Positions 19,193 through 28,696 of a stretch of DNA of 64,000 nucleotides are shown here, piece after piece. The notes beneath the pieces are model-generated. The model made no database searches and was not told the origin of the DNA. It saw only the letters and a list, made by a program, of their open reading frames with translations. The stretch spans positions 896,001 through 960,000 of the forward strand of contig CAVQBK010000003.1 in the NCBI GenBank assembly GCA_963710755.1. The letters run 5' to 3'. The translations under genes and the position numbers were made by a program. This stretch comes from an uncultured bacterium (GTDB taxonomy: Bacteria; Oederibacteriota; JAAXVQ01; JAUVAV01). Each line of letters starts with the position of its first letter. Position 1 is the stretch's first letter.

Positions 19193-20262
19193 GAGCCATC
19201 ATTTTGGTGGGCGGGGAAGGCACCCGTCTTCGGCCTCTGACCCTGAACCGTCTCAAGGGCATGGTCACCATGGCCGGCCATCCTTTTCTGAAATATCAGT
19301 TTGAATTTTTAAAACAACATGGCGTTAAAAACGTAACCCTCTCCATCTGCCATATGCCGGAAAAAATCAAGCGTACTTACGGCACAGGCCAAGCTTTTGG
19401 CATGCGTCTGAATTATGCAGTGGAACAAGAACCCCTGGGCACAGGCGGGGCCATTAAAAACGCTTTCACCCAATTCCGGTCCCCTAACCAGGAACCGGTG
19501 GTGGTCATGAACGGCGATATTTTAACGGCCATTGATTTAACCAAGATGCTGGAGCAGCACCGCCGGAAAAAAGCAGCGCTCAGCATTGGTCTGACCTGGG
19601 TGGAAGATCCCTCAGCTTACGGGGTGGTACAGTTTAACAAAGACAAGCGTATCCTGAAATTCATCGAGAAACCTGCGCCCAGTGAAGATGTGAGTCACTG
19701 GATTAATGCCGGGGTGTACCTTTTTAGCCCGCCGGCTTTTGCCGCCATTCCCGACGGGGTCAATTATTCGGCTGAACGCGCCTTGTTTCCCGGACTCTTG
19801 AATGAGGACCAGCGGCTGTGGGCTTTTCCTGACCGGGGCTATTGGAATGACATCGGCACGCCGCAGAAATATCTGCAATCCAACATCGACATATTGGAAG
19901 GCCGCATGTTCATGCTCAAGGTGGGCCGGGCCTTTAAGGGTAGAGACCATATCCGCCTCGGCCGTCATTGCCGGATACACGGCAGTGTGGAATTAATCGC
20001 GCCCTGTGTTATTGACGACCACTGCAGTATGGAGAATGATATTTTAATCAGCCAGGCTACCGTGATCGGCAGCCATGTGACTATTGGCAGTCATACCCAA
20101 ATCGCTCGTTCTGTCATTGGCGACAAGGTGCATATTGGCAATACGACGTCTATTGAGGGCGCAGTTATAGGCAAGGGTTCCAAGATCGGCAGGCATGTCA
20201 TCATCTCAGCCGGCACGGTGCTGGCGGATCATTCGGTGGTGCCTGATTACAGCCGGTTGTAA
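19189..20262 (+). CDS. NDP-sugar synthase (mannose-1-phosphate guanylyltransferase-like) with hexapeptide repeats
   Basis: 'ILVGGEGTRLRPLT', 'EPLGTGGAI', 'NGDIL', 'FIEKP', 'INAGVY', 'W.DIGTP'; C-terminal left-handed beta-helix repeats. Confidence 0.88.
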   Translation: MRAIILVGGEGTRLRPLTLNRLKGMVTMAGHPFLKYQFEFLKQHGVKNVTLSICHMPEKIKRTYGTGQAFGMRLNYAVEQEPLGTGGAIKNAFTQFRSPNQEPVVVMNGDILTAIDLTKMLEQHRRKKAALSIGLTWVEDPSAYGVVQFNKDKRILKFIEKPAPSEDVSHWINAGVYLFSPPAFAAIPDGVNYSAERALFPGLLNEDQRLWAFPDRGYWNDIGTPQKYLQSNIDILEGRMFMLKVGRAFKGRDHIRLGRHCRIHGSVELIAPCVIDDHCSMENDILISQATVIGSHVTIGSHTQIARSVIGDKVHIGNTTSIEGAVIGKGSKIGRHVIISAGTVLADHSVVPDYSRL

Positions 20263-20286
20263 ATGACCCGGCAACAGCGGGCGTGC

Positions 20287-21003
20287 TTAGGCAAACTGGT
20301 CTTTGCGCTGGCGTAATTCAGCGAAGGCTTGAGGTGACGGCGCCTGAAGAAAAGGATTGGTAGTTTTTTCCATGGCAATGGTGGTGGGTACGGTAGCGCC
20401 TTCCATATGCAGCCGGTCGGCCAACTGTTGTTGACGTTCCACCAACCGGGCATTGTCAGGATCGCGGCTGATTAAAAATTGATAATTGGCCAAGGTGTAC
20501 TCGTGGCCAGGATAGACCAGCGTATGGTCAGGCAAATGGCGAATGAGATTAAGCGATGACCATAACTGGGCGGCATGGCCGTCCAGCAACCGACCGCAAC
20601 CGCCTACAAACAACGTATCGCCCGTGAAGAGCAAACCCGGATGGCCGGGAAGGTAATAACAGACGTGGTCACGGGTATGACCGGGCGTGCCCATTACGTC
20701 GATCTGATAATTGCCAAAAGCAATGGTGTCGCCATGGGCTACCAGGCGGCTGACATCAGGAATCATGGGACTGCTGGCAATGATGGGGCAGCCAAAGGCC
20801 CGCTGCAAGGTGTGATTGCCGGCAATATGGTCAAAATGATGATGGGTATTCAGGATTAATTTGAGTTTCAGGTGATGGCGGTAAAGCACATGTTCCACCG
20901 GCTCCGCGGCCGTGGGGTCCACCACACAAGCCTCTTGCCCGTTTAAAATCAGATAAATATAATTGTCACCCAAGGTGGTATGCAATACGGTTGGGGTTAT
21001 CAT
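20287..21003 (-). CDS. gloB: Hydroxyacylglutathione hydrolase (glyoxalase II)
   Basis: 'DNYIYL', 'THHHFDHIAGN', 'TPGHT.DH', 'FTGDTLF.GGCGR', 'GHEYT..N..F', 'EK.TNPFL'. Confidence 0.85.
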   Translation of the reverse strand: MITPTVLHTTLGDNYIYLILNGQEACVVDPTAAEPVEHVLYRHHLKLKLILNTHHHFDHIAGNHTLQRAFGCPIIASSPMIPDVSRLVAHGDTIAFGNYQIDVMGTPGHTRDHVCYYLPGHPGLLFTGDTLFVGGCGRLLDGHAAQLWSSLNLIRHLPDHTLVYPGHEYTLANYQFLISRDPDNARLVERQQQLADRLHMEGATVPTTIAMEKTTNPFLQAPSPQAFAELRQRKDQFA

Positions 21004-21070
21004 GATTGCATTATAGCATAGCCCTGCGGCGGTTAAACTCATTTTTCCCGGCCATGGATGAAAGGAAAGC

Positions 21071-22645
21071 ATGTCCCAATTGTTGACTGTTCATTATGAA
21101 ATCAGCTGCCGTCCCGGCGAATCCATTGAACAATTAAGCCAAAGCGTGGCCCTGGAACAAAGTGTGGAAGTTCCGGAAGCCGTGATAACCGGCAAGGCCT
21201 TCCAACAACAGGTCTTGGGCGAAGTGAAGGCTGTGACACCCCTGGATGAGGCTGACCGTTATTTGGTTAAAATTGCTTTTCCTGCAGCCATTATCAGCCA
21301 GGCGGTTCCGCAATTGTTCAACGTGCTTTTTGGAAATATCTCCATTAAAAATAACATTAAACTGGTGGACCTGGAAGCGCCGCCACAACTGATGCAAGTG
21401 TTAAAAGGCCCGCGTTACGGTCTGGACGGGGTGCGCAGCCGCCTTGGTCTGGGAGGCAGGCCTCTGGCCGCATCAGCCTTAAAACCTTTGGGATCTTCGG
21501 CTCATGATTTTGGCATGCTGGCCAAAGCCTTGGCCCTGGGCGGTCTGGATATTATCAAGGATGACCATGGCCTGGCAGATCAGGGATTTTGCCCCTTTGA
21601 AGAACGGGTGCGGATCGTGCAAACCGCGCTCGACCAAGTCAGCCAGCAAACCGGTAAGGCCAGCCTTTATTTTCCCAATCTTATCTGTGCCCGGGAAAAG
21701 GTGGATGCGCAGCTGGAGTTTGTGTTGCGCCACGGCGTTCAGGGCATTTTGATCTCGCCGTTTCTGATGGGTCCGGATATGGTGCGCTATATTCGCGACC
21801 ATTATCCCTTGATGATCATGGTTCATCCCGCCTTAACCGGTACGCACTTTAACGATCCTCGTCACGGCATCAAACCGGCAGTGCTGCTGGGCAAGCTCAT
21901 GCGTCTCTTGGGCGCGGATATATCGGTGTTTCCCAACAGCGGTGGTCGATTTGGTTTTACGGAACAAGACTGCCAGGATATCAAGCAGGCCTTGCACCAG
22001 CCTTGGAAAGAAATCTTACCCTCGTGGCCTGCCCCGGCAGGAGGCATGACCCTGGATAAAATGGAGACCCTGGTTGCCCAATATGGTCGGGATGCGGTTT
22101 ACTTGCTCGGTGGTGCCTTGCTGTTTCCCCAAAAACATGTTCAAGCCAACAGCCGGCGCTTCATGGAGATTATCAGCCACCATTATAAAGAAGAACAGCT
22201 TCCCCCAACACCCTTGATCTCAGCCTGTGAGATAAAAACCCCGGGGATCCAGGATCAACAGCAGCGCTTATTGCCGTATCAGGGGCAAGGCTGGCAGGGG
22301 CGAACCACCCAACGCTATAAGCAAAGTCAGGAATTGCCCTTCCAAGGCATCAGCCGCACTGAATTGGTGGGATCCCACGGGGAGCAGACTCAATTTGACC
22401 TGCGCTATTTTGAAATTGAAGCCCAAGGGTATTCCAGTTTGGAAAAACATCAGCATACCCATGTTATTATAGGTGTCCGCGGCCAGGGACAATTGCAGAT
22501 GAACGAAGACAGCCTCTCTATTCGTCCTCATGACGTGGCCTACATACCGCCTATGACCGTACATCAGTTCCGCAATCCCTTTGATGATCCCTTTGGTTTT
22601 TACTGCATAGTGGATCACGAGCGTGACCGTCCCCAAGCTCCTTAA
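21071..22645 (+). CDS. RuBisCO-like protein (form IV) fused to a C-terminal cupin (methylsulfurylase-like)
   Basis: 'EQSVE', 'FGNIS', 'GPRYG..G.R', 'LKPLG', 'IIKDDHGL.DQ', 'HPA', 'PAGGM', 'GGAL'; C-terminal cupin 'LRYFEI...GYSSLEKH.H.H...G.G', 'HQFRN', 'FGFYCIVD.ERDRP'. Confidence 0.85.
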   Translation: MSQLLTVHYEISCRPGESIEQLSQSVALEQSVEVPEAVITGKAFQQQVLGEVKAVTPLDEADRYLVKIAFPAAIISQAVPQLFNVLFGNISIKNNIKLVDLEAPPQLMQVLKGPRYGLDGVRSRLGLGGRPLAASALKPLGSSAHDFGMLAKALALGGLDIIKDDHGLADQGFCPFEERVRIVQTALDQVSQQTGKASLYFPNLICAREKVDAQLEFVLRHGVQGILISPFLMGPDMVRYIRDHYPLMIMVHPALTGTHFNDPRHGIKPAVLLGKLMRLLGADISVFPNSGGRFGFTEQDCQDIKQALHQPWKEILPSWPAPAGGMTLDKMETLVAQYGRDAVYLLGGALLFPQKHVQANSRRFMEIISHHYKEEQLPPTPLISACEIKTPGIQDQQQRLLPYQGQGWQGRTTQRYKQSQELPFQGISRTELVGSHGEQTQFDLRYFEIEAQGYSSLEKHQHTHVIIGVRGQGQLQMNEDSLSIRPHDVAYIPPMTVHQFRNPFDDPFGFYCIVDHERDRPQAP

Positions 22646-22812
22646 GCATAATCTTGCCTTCGATTGGACCTCGTCATTCATAAGTATTTTAATAAAGTAT
22701 TCTCTTTACTTTGCTTAAAAACGCTGGAAAAAACCTAAAAAGCCTCCATAAAAACCATCAGTTTTAAAGCTAGATAAGTATATATATATGTAAATAGCAT
22801 CATTAAGATTCT

Positions 22813-22867
22813 AAAACAAATGCTTGTTTTCAGGGTCAAACAATGATACCTTACAAAAAGAATGTAA
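22813..22867 (+). promoter_or_regulatory. Putative promoter with overlapping inverted repeats upstream of the SQR operon
   Basis: TTGTTT (22824) - 17 bp - TACCTT (22847) with TG extension; AAAACAA-N4-TTGTTTT (22813-22830) and TTACA-N7-TGTAA (22851-22867). Confidence 0.35.
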
Positions 22868-22920
22868 TTACTAATATTTAATTGTGTCTTTATCAAGACG
22901 GCGAGTGAAGAAGGGGTGTT

Positions 22921-24171
22921 ATGAAAACAATCGCGATTTTGGGTTCAGGGACTGCTGGCACCATGATGGCTGCTCATCTTACGAAAAAGCTCGATCAACG
23001 GCAATGGCAGATAGTCCTAATCGATGAGGTGGCTCATCATTATTATCAACCGGGATTTCTTTTTATCCCTTTTGGGCTCTATGATGAAAAACATGTGGTC
23101 AAGCATAAGGAGATGTTTATTCCCAAAGGTGTGAAGTTTATCCTGGCGCCAATTGAGCGTATTGACCATGCCAAGCAGCGGGTGCTGGTGCAAGGCCAGC
23201 CGGAAGTGCCCTATGATCTGCTCATTATTGCCACGGGCTCCAAAATCAGGCCGGAGGAAGTGGCGGGCATGAAGGAGGAAGGCTGGCATAAAACCATCTT
23301 TGATTTTTATACTTTTGAGGGGGCCATGGCCCTGAGGAAAAAGCTGGCTCACTTTGAAGGCGGTGACCTGGTCATTCATATTACGGAAATGCCTATTAAA
23401 TGTCCGGTGGCGCCCCTGGAATTTGCCTTTCTCATGGATTGGTGGCTTACCACCAAAAGGTTGCGTCACAAAACCAATTTAACCTATGTTACCCCTCTTT
23501 CGGGGGCGTTCACCAAACAAAATTGTTCGACTGTGCTGGGCTATATGCTGGAAAAGAAAAAAATTCACATGATTCCTGATTTTGCGGTGGAGAAGATCGA
23601 TCCTGCCCGGCAAGTACTATCCAGCTATGATGAACAGGACGTGCCCTATGATTTGCTGATCACCGTACCCACCAATATGGGAGACGAGGTGATTGCGCGC
23701 TCAGGTCTGGGCGATGATCTCAATTTCGTACCTACGGACAAAGGCACGCTGCAGGCTCAGGGGTTTGACAATATCTTTGTAATTGGTGATGCAACCAATG
23801 TACCGGCTTCCAAGGCCGGATCAGTGGCGCATTTTGAATCGGAGATTTTGACGGCTAATATTCTGGATTATATTGCCGGTAAACCCCTTCGGCATCACTT
23901 CGACGGGCATGCCAATTGCTTTATTGAATCCGGGTTTGGCAAGGCCGTGCTGATTGATTTTAATTATGACCTGGAGCCTGTGGAAGGAAAGTTTCCCCTG
24001 CCGTTGCTGGGTCCCTTGCCCCTGTTAAAAGAGAGCAGGCTCAACCATCTGGGCAAACTGGCCTTTCGCTATATCTATTGGAACCTATTGCTCAAAGGCC
24101 TGGCCCTGCCCCTGGTGGGAGCCGCGATGAGCAGGGCAGGTAAAAAAGTACAAACCTTAAATAAAAAGTAG
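22921..24171 (+). CDS. sqr: Sulfide:quinone oxidoreductase-like FAD-dependent oxidoreductase
   Basis: 'ILGSGTAG', 'HYYQPGFLFIPFG', 'YDLLIIATG', 'PIKCPVAPLEF', 'GDATNVP.SKAGSVAH', 'FDGHANCFIE.G.GKA.LIDFNY'. Confidence 0.85.
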   Translation: MKTIAILGSGTAGTMMAAHLTKKLDQRQWQIVLIDEVAHHYYQPGFLFIPFGLYDEKHVVKHKEMFIPKGVKFILAPIERIDHAKQRVLVQGQPEVPYDLLIIATGSKIRPEEVAGMKEEGWHKTIFDFYTFEGAMALRKKLAHFEGGDLVIHITEMPIKCPVAPLEFAFLMDWWLTTKRLRHKTNLTYVTPLSGAFTKQNCSTVLGYMLEKKKIHMIPDFAVEKIDPARQVLSSYDEQDVPYDLLITVPTNMGDEVIARSGLGDDLNFVPTDKGTLQAQGFDNIFVIGDATNVPASKAGSVAHFESEILTANILDYIAGKPLRHHFDGHANCFIESGFGKAVLIDFNYDLEPVEGKFPLPLLGPLPLLKESRLNHLGKLAFRYIYWNLLLKGLALPLVGAAMSRAGKKVQTLNKK

Positions 24172-24191
24172 GAGGAGAGAAGGTGTTAGCC

Positions 24192-24509
24192 ATGGCCAAG
24201 AAAAATTATGCAGGACAAGAGGTGGAGGTGGATGAACAGGGCTACCTGACCAACTTGAATCAGTGGAATGAGACTATAGCTGCTGCTATTGCCCAAGAGG
24301 AAGGCATTGGTCCCTTAACCGACCAGCATTGGCAAGTCATCCACTATGTGCGCAAAGAAACCGAAGATACAGGAGCATCGCCTACCATCAGGAAAATCAG
24401 CAAATTCAGCGGTGTTAATACCAAGGAATTATATACGCTGTTTCCCGGCGGTCCCGGCAAGAAAGCTTCCAAAATAGCGGGCGTCCCCAAGCCGGTAGGT
24501 TGTATCTAA
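24192..24509 (+). CDS. TusE/DsrC-family sulfur relay protein
   Basis: 'VDEQGYL....W', 'LTDQHWQVI', 'LFPGGP.K.A.KIAG.PKP.GC'; only the C-terminal Cys is present (TusE-like). Confidence 0.88.
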   Translation: MAKKNYAGQEVEVDEQGYLTNLNQWNETIAAAIAQEEGIGPLTDQHWQVIHYVRKETEDTGASPTIRKISKFSGVNTKELYTLFPGGPGKKASKIAGVPKPVGCI

Positions 24510-24604
24510 GTTCTGCAGGTGCAGGTATTGATTCTCTGAGATAAGCTTGGGAAAGAGAATCACCGTGGGAAGGTGCTTTACTAAAAACCATTGAGGTGAG
24601 TGGC

Positions 24605-25075
24605 ATGGCTGAAGATAGTGTTAAAAAAGTTTCGATTATTATTTCCAAAGGGTCTTTAGATGGAGTATACCCGGGCTTGATCATGGCCAACGGGGCCCGT
24701 ATGGAGGGCATAGAGGCTACGTTGTTTTTTACCTTTTTCGGACTCGACGCGATTGTAAAAAAAAGTATGGGTAAGATCAAAGTAGCCACCGTGGGTAATC
24801 CGGGCATGCATATGCCCACTTGGCTGGGAGCCATACCGGGTATGTCGGCCATGGCAACAGCCATGATGAACAAGAAAATGGACGCCCTCGATATTCCGCC
24901 TATTCCGGAGTTCGTCGAAATGGTTCATGATGCCGGCGCCGGGCTCTATGCCTGCAGGGCCACCGTGGATATGTTCGGTTTGAAAAAGGAAGATTTCTGC
25001 GAACAAGTGGATTCCATTATCACGGTGGGCGATTTTTATGAACTCTCTGCCGGCGCCCAAATTATTTTTACGTAA
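24605..25075 (+). CDS. DsrE/DsrF/DrsH-like (DsrE2) sulfur carrier
   Basis: 'SIIISKGSLD..YP.LI.A.GA', 'LFFTFFGL', 'YAC..TVDMFG'. Confidence 0.85.
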   Translation: MAEDSVKKVSIIISKGSLDGVYPGLIMANGARMEGIEATLFFTFFGLDAIVKKSMGKIKVATVGNPGMHMPTWLGAIPGMSAMATAMMNKKMDALDIPPIPEFVEMVHDAGAGLYACRATVDMFGLKKEDFCEQVDSIITVGDFYELSAGAQIIFT

Positions 25076-25187
25076 GGTCCGGTTGCCAACAGAAAATCAA
25101 GGGGAAGGAAGCGTCAAAAAAATAAATTAAAAAATGGCGTTCCTCGTCGATACTAGGGATAGGAAAATTCAACCCAGGAGATCGATA

Positions 25188-25415
25188 ATGCCCGAAGCGG
25201 AGTGGATATCGCGCGATCAAGCCTTGATTAAAGCCAAGGACTTTTTACGACAACAGTCCTGGTCTCATGAATTCGACGAACAAACAGCCCGGGTAATTGA
25301 AAGCAATGAGTGTATTAATGTGCTTTTTCGGTACCGGGAACCGCGCAAGCCTCCTGAAATCCTGGTGAGTGTGGAAAAAATTGGCGGCAAAGTTGATGTG
25401 GTCAAATTAGGCTGA
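25188..25415 (+). CDS. Small hypothetical protein (PepSY-like fold possible)
   Basis: RBS aggag before ATG 25188; 'ISRDQAL.KAK.FL' start and 'V.V.K..G.V' end. Confidence 0.45.
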   Translation: MPEAEWISRDQALIKAKDFLRQQSWSHEFDEQTARVIESNECINVLFRYREPRKPPEILVSVEKIGGKVDVVKLG

Positions 25416-25570
25416 TCTTCAGGTGCGGCATTCAACAGGTTCCTCCAAGTTTGGTTAAACTCAGCCATCCATCCTTCATTAAAAAACAGGGAAAACTTCC
25501 GAAGCTATGGTAAACTATGGGCTTTTAATGCCTCCTGCAGGTAGTCCGCCATAATGAAGAAGAGGACCTA

Positions 25571-25954
25571 ATGATCATTGGGATTGGTACGGATATTCAG
25601 GCCATTGAACGGGTGCAACAAGCCATTGAACGCACGGGAGAGGCTTTTTTAAAAAAGACCTTCAGCAATGAGGAAATGGCCTATTGCCGCCAGCAACGCC
25701 GTTGGGCCCAGCATTTTGCCGTGCGTTTTTGTGCCAAAGAAGCTTTTCTGAAAGCCTTGGCCACAGGTTGGAGTCAGGGTATCCGCTGGACCGAAGTGGA
25801 AGTCGCTAAGACCGCCTCCGGCTGCCCGGCGCTTAAATTAAGCGGCAAGGCTGCTGAGTTGGCGGCAACACGGGGGGTTAAAAAAACCTGGGTGACCTTG
25901 GCCCATAGTGATGATTATGCCACAGCCACGGTGATATTGGAGGGCGAGGGATGA
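25571..25954 (+). CDS. acpS: Holo-ACP synthase
   Basis: 'GIGTDI..IER', 'RFCAKEAF.KA..TG', 'G.P', 'LAHS.DYA.A.VILE'. Confidence 0.95.
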   Translation: MIIGIGTDIQAIERVQQAIERTGEAFLKKTFSNEEMAYCRQQRRWAQHFAVRFCAKEAFLKALATGWSQGIRWTEVEVAKTASGCPALKLSGKAAELAATRGVKKTWVTLAHSDDYATATVILEGEG

Positions 25955-27126
25955 GGCGGTGTGTGATCAGGGCCAGGGCCCTGGCGTTGGACAATCAGGC
26001 TTTGGAAGATAAACTGATTGTGATTTCAGGCAAGCGCATTGAAAGCATTGTGGCCTCGTCCGCTTCCCACCGGTTCAGTCCCAAGGATTTTATCAGCAAC
26101 AAGCGCTATCTGGTGGCCCCAGGGCTGGTGGATATTCACGTGCATGGCGGTGGTGGCGCGCATCCTGATACCCTGGGCGGACTGCTGGCGGCCAGTTATT
26201 ATCATGCGGCTCATGGCACCACGGCGCTCCTGTTGACGATTTTCTTTCGCGATCTGGAGCATCTCACCAAAATGGCCAAGCTGGTTCAGGACAGCCGCAG
26301 CCAAACCAACTGCCATATCCTGGGACTCAATCTGGAAGGCCCGCATATCAATCCTCAGGCCAAAGGTGCTATTGACGGCCGTTACGTGTATAAATTGACT
26401 GCTGATCATGTACGCGCCATGGTCGCGGCAGCAGACGGGGAATTAAAAGTGGTTACCGTGGCGCCCGAGATGCCGGGCGCAGAGGAGGTCATTAAGACCT
26501 TCGTTGACGAAGGGGTGGTTGTATCTTTGGGTCATTCCCTGGCTACCAGTGAAGAGGCGGCGCGGGCTGTGGATTGGGGCGCCAAACTGGTTACTCATCT
26601 GGGCAATGCCATGGCGCCATTTCATCAGCGCCAGCCGGGGCTGATCGGCACAGCCTTGACGGACAAACGTCTTATTCCGGAAATCATCGCTGACGGCCAC
26701 CATTTGGCGCCGGAATCAGTCAATATGTTTTTAAAAGCCAGGGCGCAGGAAGCGATCCTGGTTTCCGATTGCCGTTGGGTGGCAGGCTTGCCGGAAGGCC
26801 AGCACACACCGGCTGACGGCCCGCCCCTGATGGTTAAAAACGGCATGGCCTATTTGCCCGACGATACCATGGCCGGTGGAACGCATGCTTTGTGGCATAG
26901 TGTGGTTCAGGTGGCGCAAACCACGTCCTTTTCTTTTTGGGAAGCCCTTACCATGGCCACCAAATATCCGGCTAAACTCCTGGGCAAACGACCCTTGGGC
27001 AAATTGGCGGTGGGTGGCCGGGCCGATCTGGTGCTGGCCGGGCCGGACTTGACCATCAAACGGGTTTTTTTTGCAGGCGAGGAGATTTACCACGCCGAGG
27101 GGGAGCCGCCTTGGTCTTCCGTTTAG
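25951..27126 (+). CDS. nagA: N-acetylglucosamine-6-phosphate deacetylase
   Basis: 'PGLVDIHVHGGGG', 'LEGP', 'APE', 'GHS', 'THLGNAM', 'IADGHH'. Confidence 0.85.
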   Translation: MRRCVIRARALALDNQALEDKLIVISGKRIESIVASSASHRFSPKDFISNKRYLVAPGLVDIHVHGGGGAHPDTLGGLLAASYYHAAHGTTALLLTIFFRDLEHLTKMAKLVQDSRSQTNCHILGLNLEGPHINPQAKGAIDGRYVYKLTADHVRAMVAAADGELKVVTVAPEMPGAEEVIKTFVDEGVVVSLGHSLATSEEAARAVDWGAKLVTHLGNAMAPFHQRQPGLIGTALTDKRLIPEIIADGHHLAPESVNMFLKARAQEAILVSDCRWVAGLPEGQHTPADGPPLMVKNGMAYLPDDTMAGGTHALWHSVVQVAQTTSFSFWEALTMATKYPAKLLGKRPLGKLAVGGRADLVLAGPDLTIKRVFFAGEEIYHAEGEPPWSSV

Positions 27127-27910
27127 ATTGTGACCTTTTAGCCTGCTGCCAGAGCTCGAGCAACTGATCCTGGTTGAGATCGGTCAAGGCTTGTCCGCTT
27201 TTTTTGGTAAGCTGCTCTACTTTGGAAAAGCGCTTGATAAACTTGGTAACCGCCTGATGCAGGGCGTCTTCAGGATTTTTATCAGCGTAGCGGGCCAGAT
27301 TGACCAGCGCAAACAGGGCATCACCCAATTCCTCCATGATGGCGCGGGAGCGCTGTTTGACAATGGCTTCCTCCAATTCTTCAATCTCTTCCGCGACTTT
27401 AGCCATGGCTTGATTCACATGGACCCAATGAAACCCAACCCGGGCGGCCTTGGATTGCACGCGGTGAGCCCGCAGCAGAGCCGGCAGGGAACGGGGTACG
27501 CCGTCCAACAACAATTTGCCTGAACCTTTACGTTCCCGCTTTTTGATCTCCTCCCAATTTTCCAGGACTTGTGCAGATGAATGCAGCCGTGTTTGCCCAA
27601 AGATATGGGGATGACGGCGGGTCATTTTGGCCACGCTGCCTTCAATCACATCATAGATATCAAACTGGCCGGCTTCCTCGGCAATCCGGGCATGGAAGAT
27701 GATTTGAAACAGCAAATCCCCCAGTTCGTCCTTGACCTGGTCCGGATCTTTTTTGTCAATGGCTTCCAATACCTCATGGGCTTCCTCCAGCAAATAAGGC
27801 CGCAAACTGCGATGGGTTTGTTGCCGGTCCCAGGGGCAGCCATTAGGGGCGCGTAACTTGGCCATCAAGGCCACCAATTGATCAAAACGCTTGGATTTGG
27901 GTTTCATCAT
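27056..27910 (-). CDS. mazG: Nucleoside triphosphate pyrophosphohydrolase
   Basis: 'LRAPNGCPWDR.QT', 'EEAHEV.EAI', 'ELGDLL', 'RRHPHIFG', 'KAARVGF.W', 'EELGD.LF'. Confidence 0.95.
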   Translation of the reverse strand: MMKPKSKRFDQLVALMAKLRAPNGCPWDRQQTHRSLRPYLLEEAHEVLEAIDKKDPDQVKDELGDLLFQIIFHARIAEEAGQFDIYDVIEGSVAKMTRRHPHIFGQTRLHSSAQVLENWEEIKKRERKGSGKLLLDGVPRSLPALLRAHRVQSKAARVGFHWVHVNQAMAKVAEEIEELEEAIVKQRSRAIMEELGDALFALVNLARYADKNPEDALHQAVTKFIKRFSKVEQLTKKSGQALTDLNQDQLLELWQQAKRSQSKRKTKAAPPRRGKSPRLQKKPV

Positions 27911-28172
27911 AAATCTCCTTTGACGTCTCCCCTTAACCCAGGGAAGGATAGTTTGGACTAAGCTGACCAAAAGCGGGCCCATTATACGCTGTAGGCCTGG
28001 TGATGGGAACTGCATAATCATTAGCCGGTTGCTGGCAGACTAGAGGGTGTGTTAAGATGCAGGTCAGGGCGCAACCCATCGAGCTGACGGTGTGCCTGCC
28101 GGTCGCCCTCTCCCAGGTGACCGCCCATTGCCGGGGTTGTTAGAGGCTTTTTTCCCTTGAAGAAAGGCCGCC

Positions 28173-28685
28173 ATGCACACCCCTTCCGGAGGCGCAGGTT
28201 ATGCCAGCAGGACAGCGCAGGTGTTGAGAAAAAAGACCGCGATCACCATGGCCATGCTCATGGTGGGCCTAAGCGGGTGCAGCAGCCTCATGATCTCCCC
28301 ACCTGATCGGGAGACCTCCCAGGCCATCGTGGCGTTGGCCAGGACCCAAATAGGCAAGCCCTACCGATATGGGGGCCGTGGGCCTGCCGGGTTTGATTGC
28401 TCCGGGCTGGTGTATTATGTGTACAAAAAAATCATGAAAATGCGTCTGCCCAGGACCAGCGCCGGTCTGTATGCCTATTCCAAACCAATTCCCTTGGGCC
28501 AGGAACAACCGTCGGACTTGCTTTTTTTCCGCATTAACGGGAACCGTATTTCCCACGTGGGCATCTATTTGGGCAAAGGTCGATTCGTTCATGCCCCTTC
28601 ACGTGGAAAGCATGTAACCATCTCCAATGCCAATGACCGCTACTGGCGGAAACGTTTCGCCGGTGTGCGGCGTCTGTTGAGGTAA
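28173..28685 (+). CDS. NlpC/P60 (C40) peptidase lipoprotein
   Basis: Lipobox 'LSGC'; 'GKPYRYGG.GP.GFDCSG', 'HVGIY.G.GRFVHA'; the true start may lie slightly downstream. Confidence 0.9.
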   Translation: MHTPSGGAGYASRTAQVLRKKTAITMAMLMVGLSGCSSLMISPPDRETSQAIVALARTQIGKPYRYGGRGPAGFDCSGLVYYVYKKIMKMRLPRTSAGLYAYSKPIPLGQEQPSDLLFFRINGNRISHVGIYLGKGRFVHAPSRGKHVTISNANDRYWRKRFAGVRRLLR

Positions 28686-28696
28686 TCATTCAACCC

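Noticed and set aside
21071-22200. CO2-fixing RuBisCO
   Set aside because: The motif is KDDH rather than KDDE, and there is no small subunit or phosphoribulokinase nearby; it is a form IV RLP.
24192-25075. Dissimilatory sulfite reduction (Dsr) pathway
   Set aside because: The TusE-like protein has only one C-terminal Cys and there is no dsrAB in the window.
28022-28172. c-di-AMP riboswitch upstream of the NlpC/P60 gene
   Set aside because: Only a short CCGTCAGCT match, on the wrong strand; the other conserved blocks are missing.
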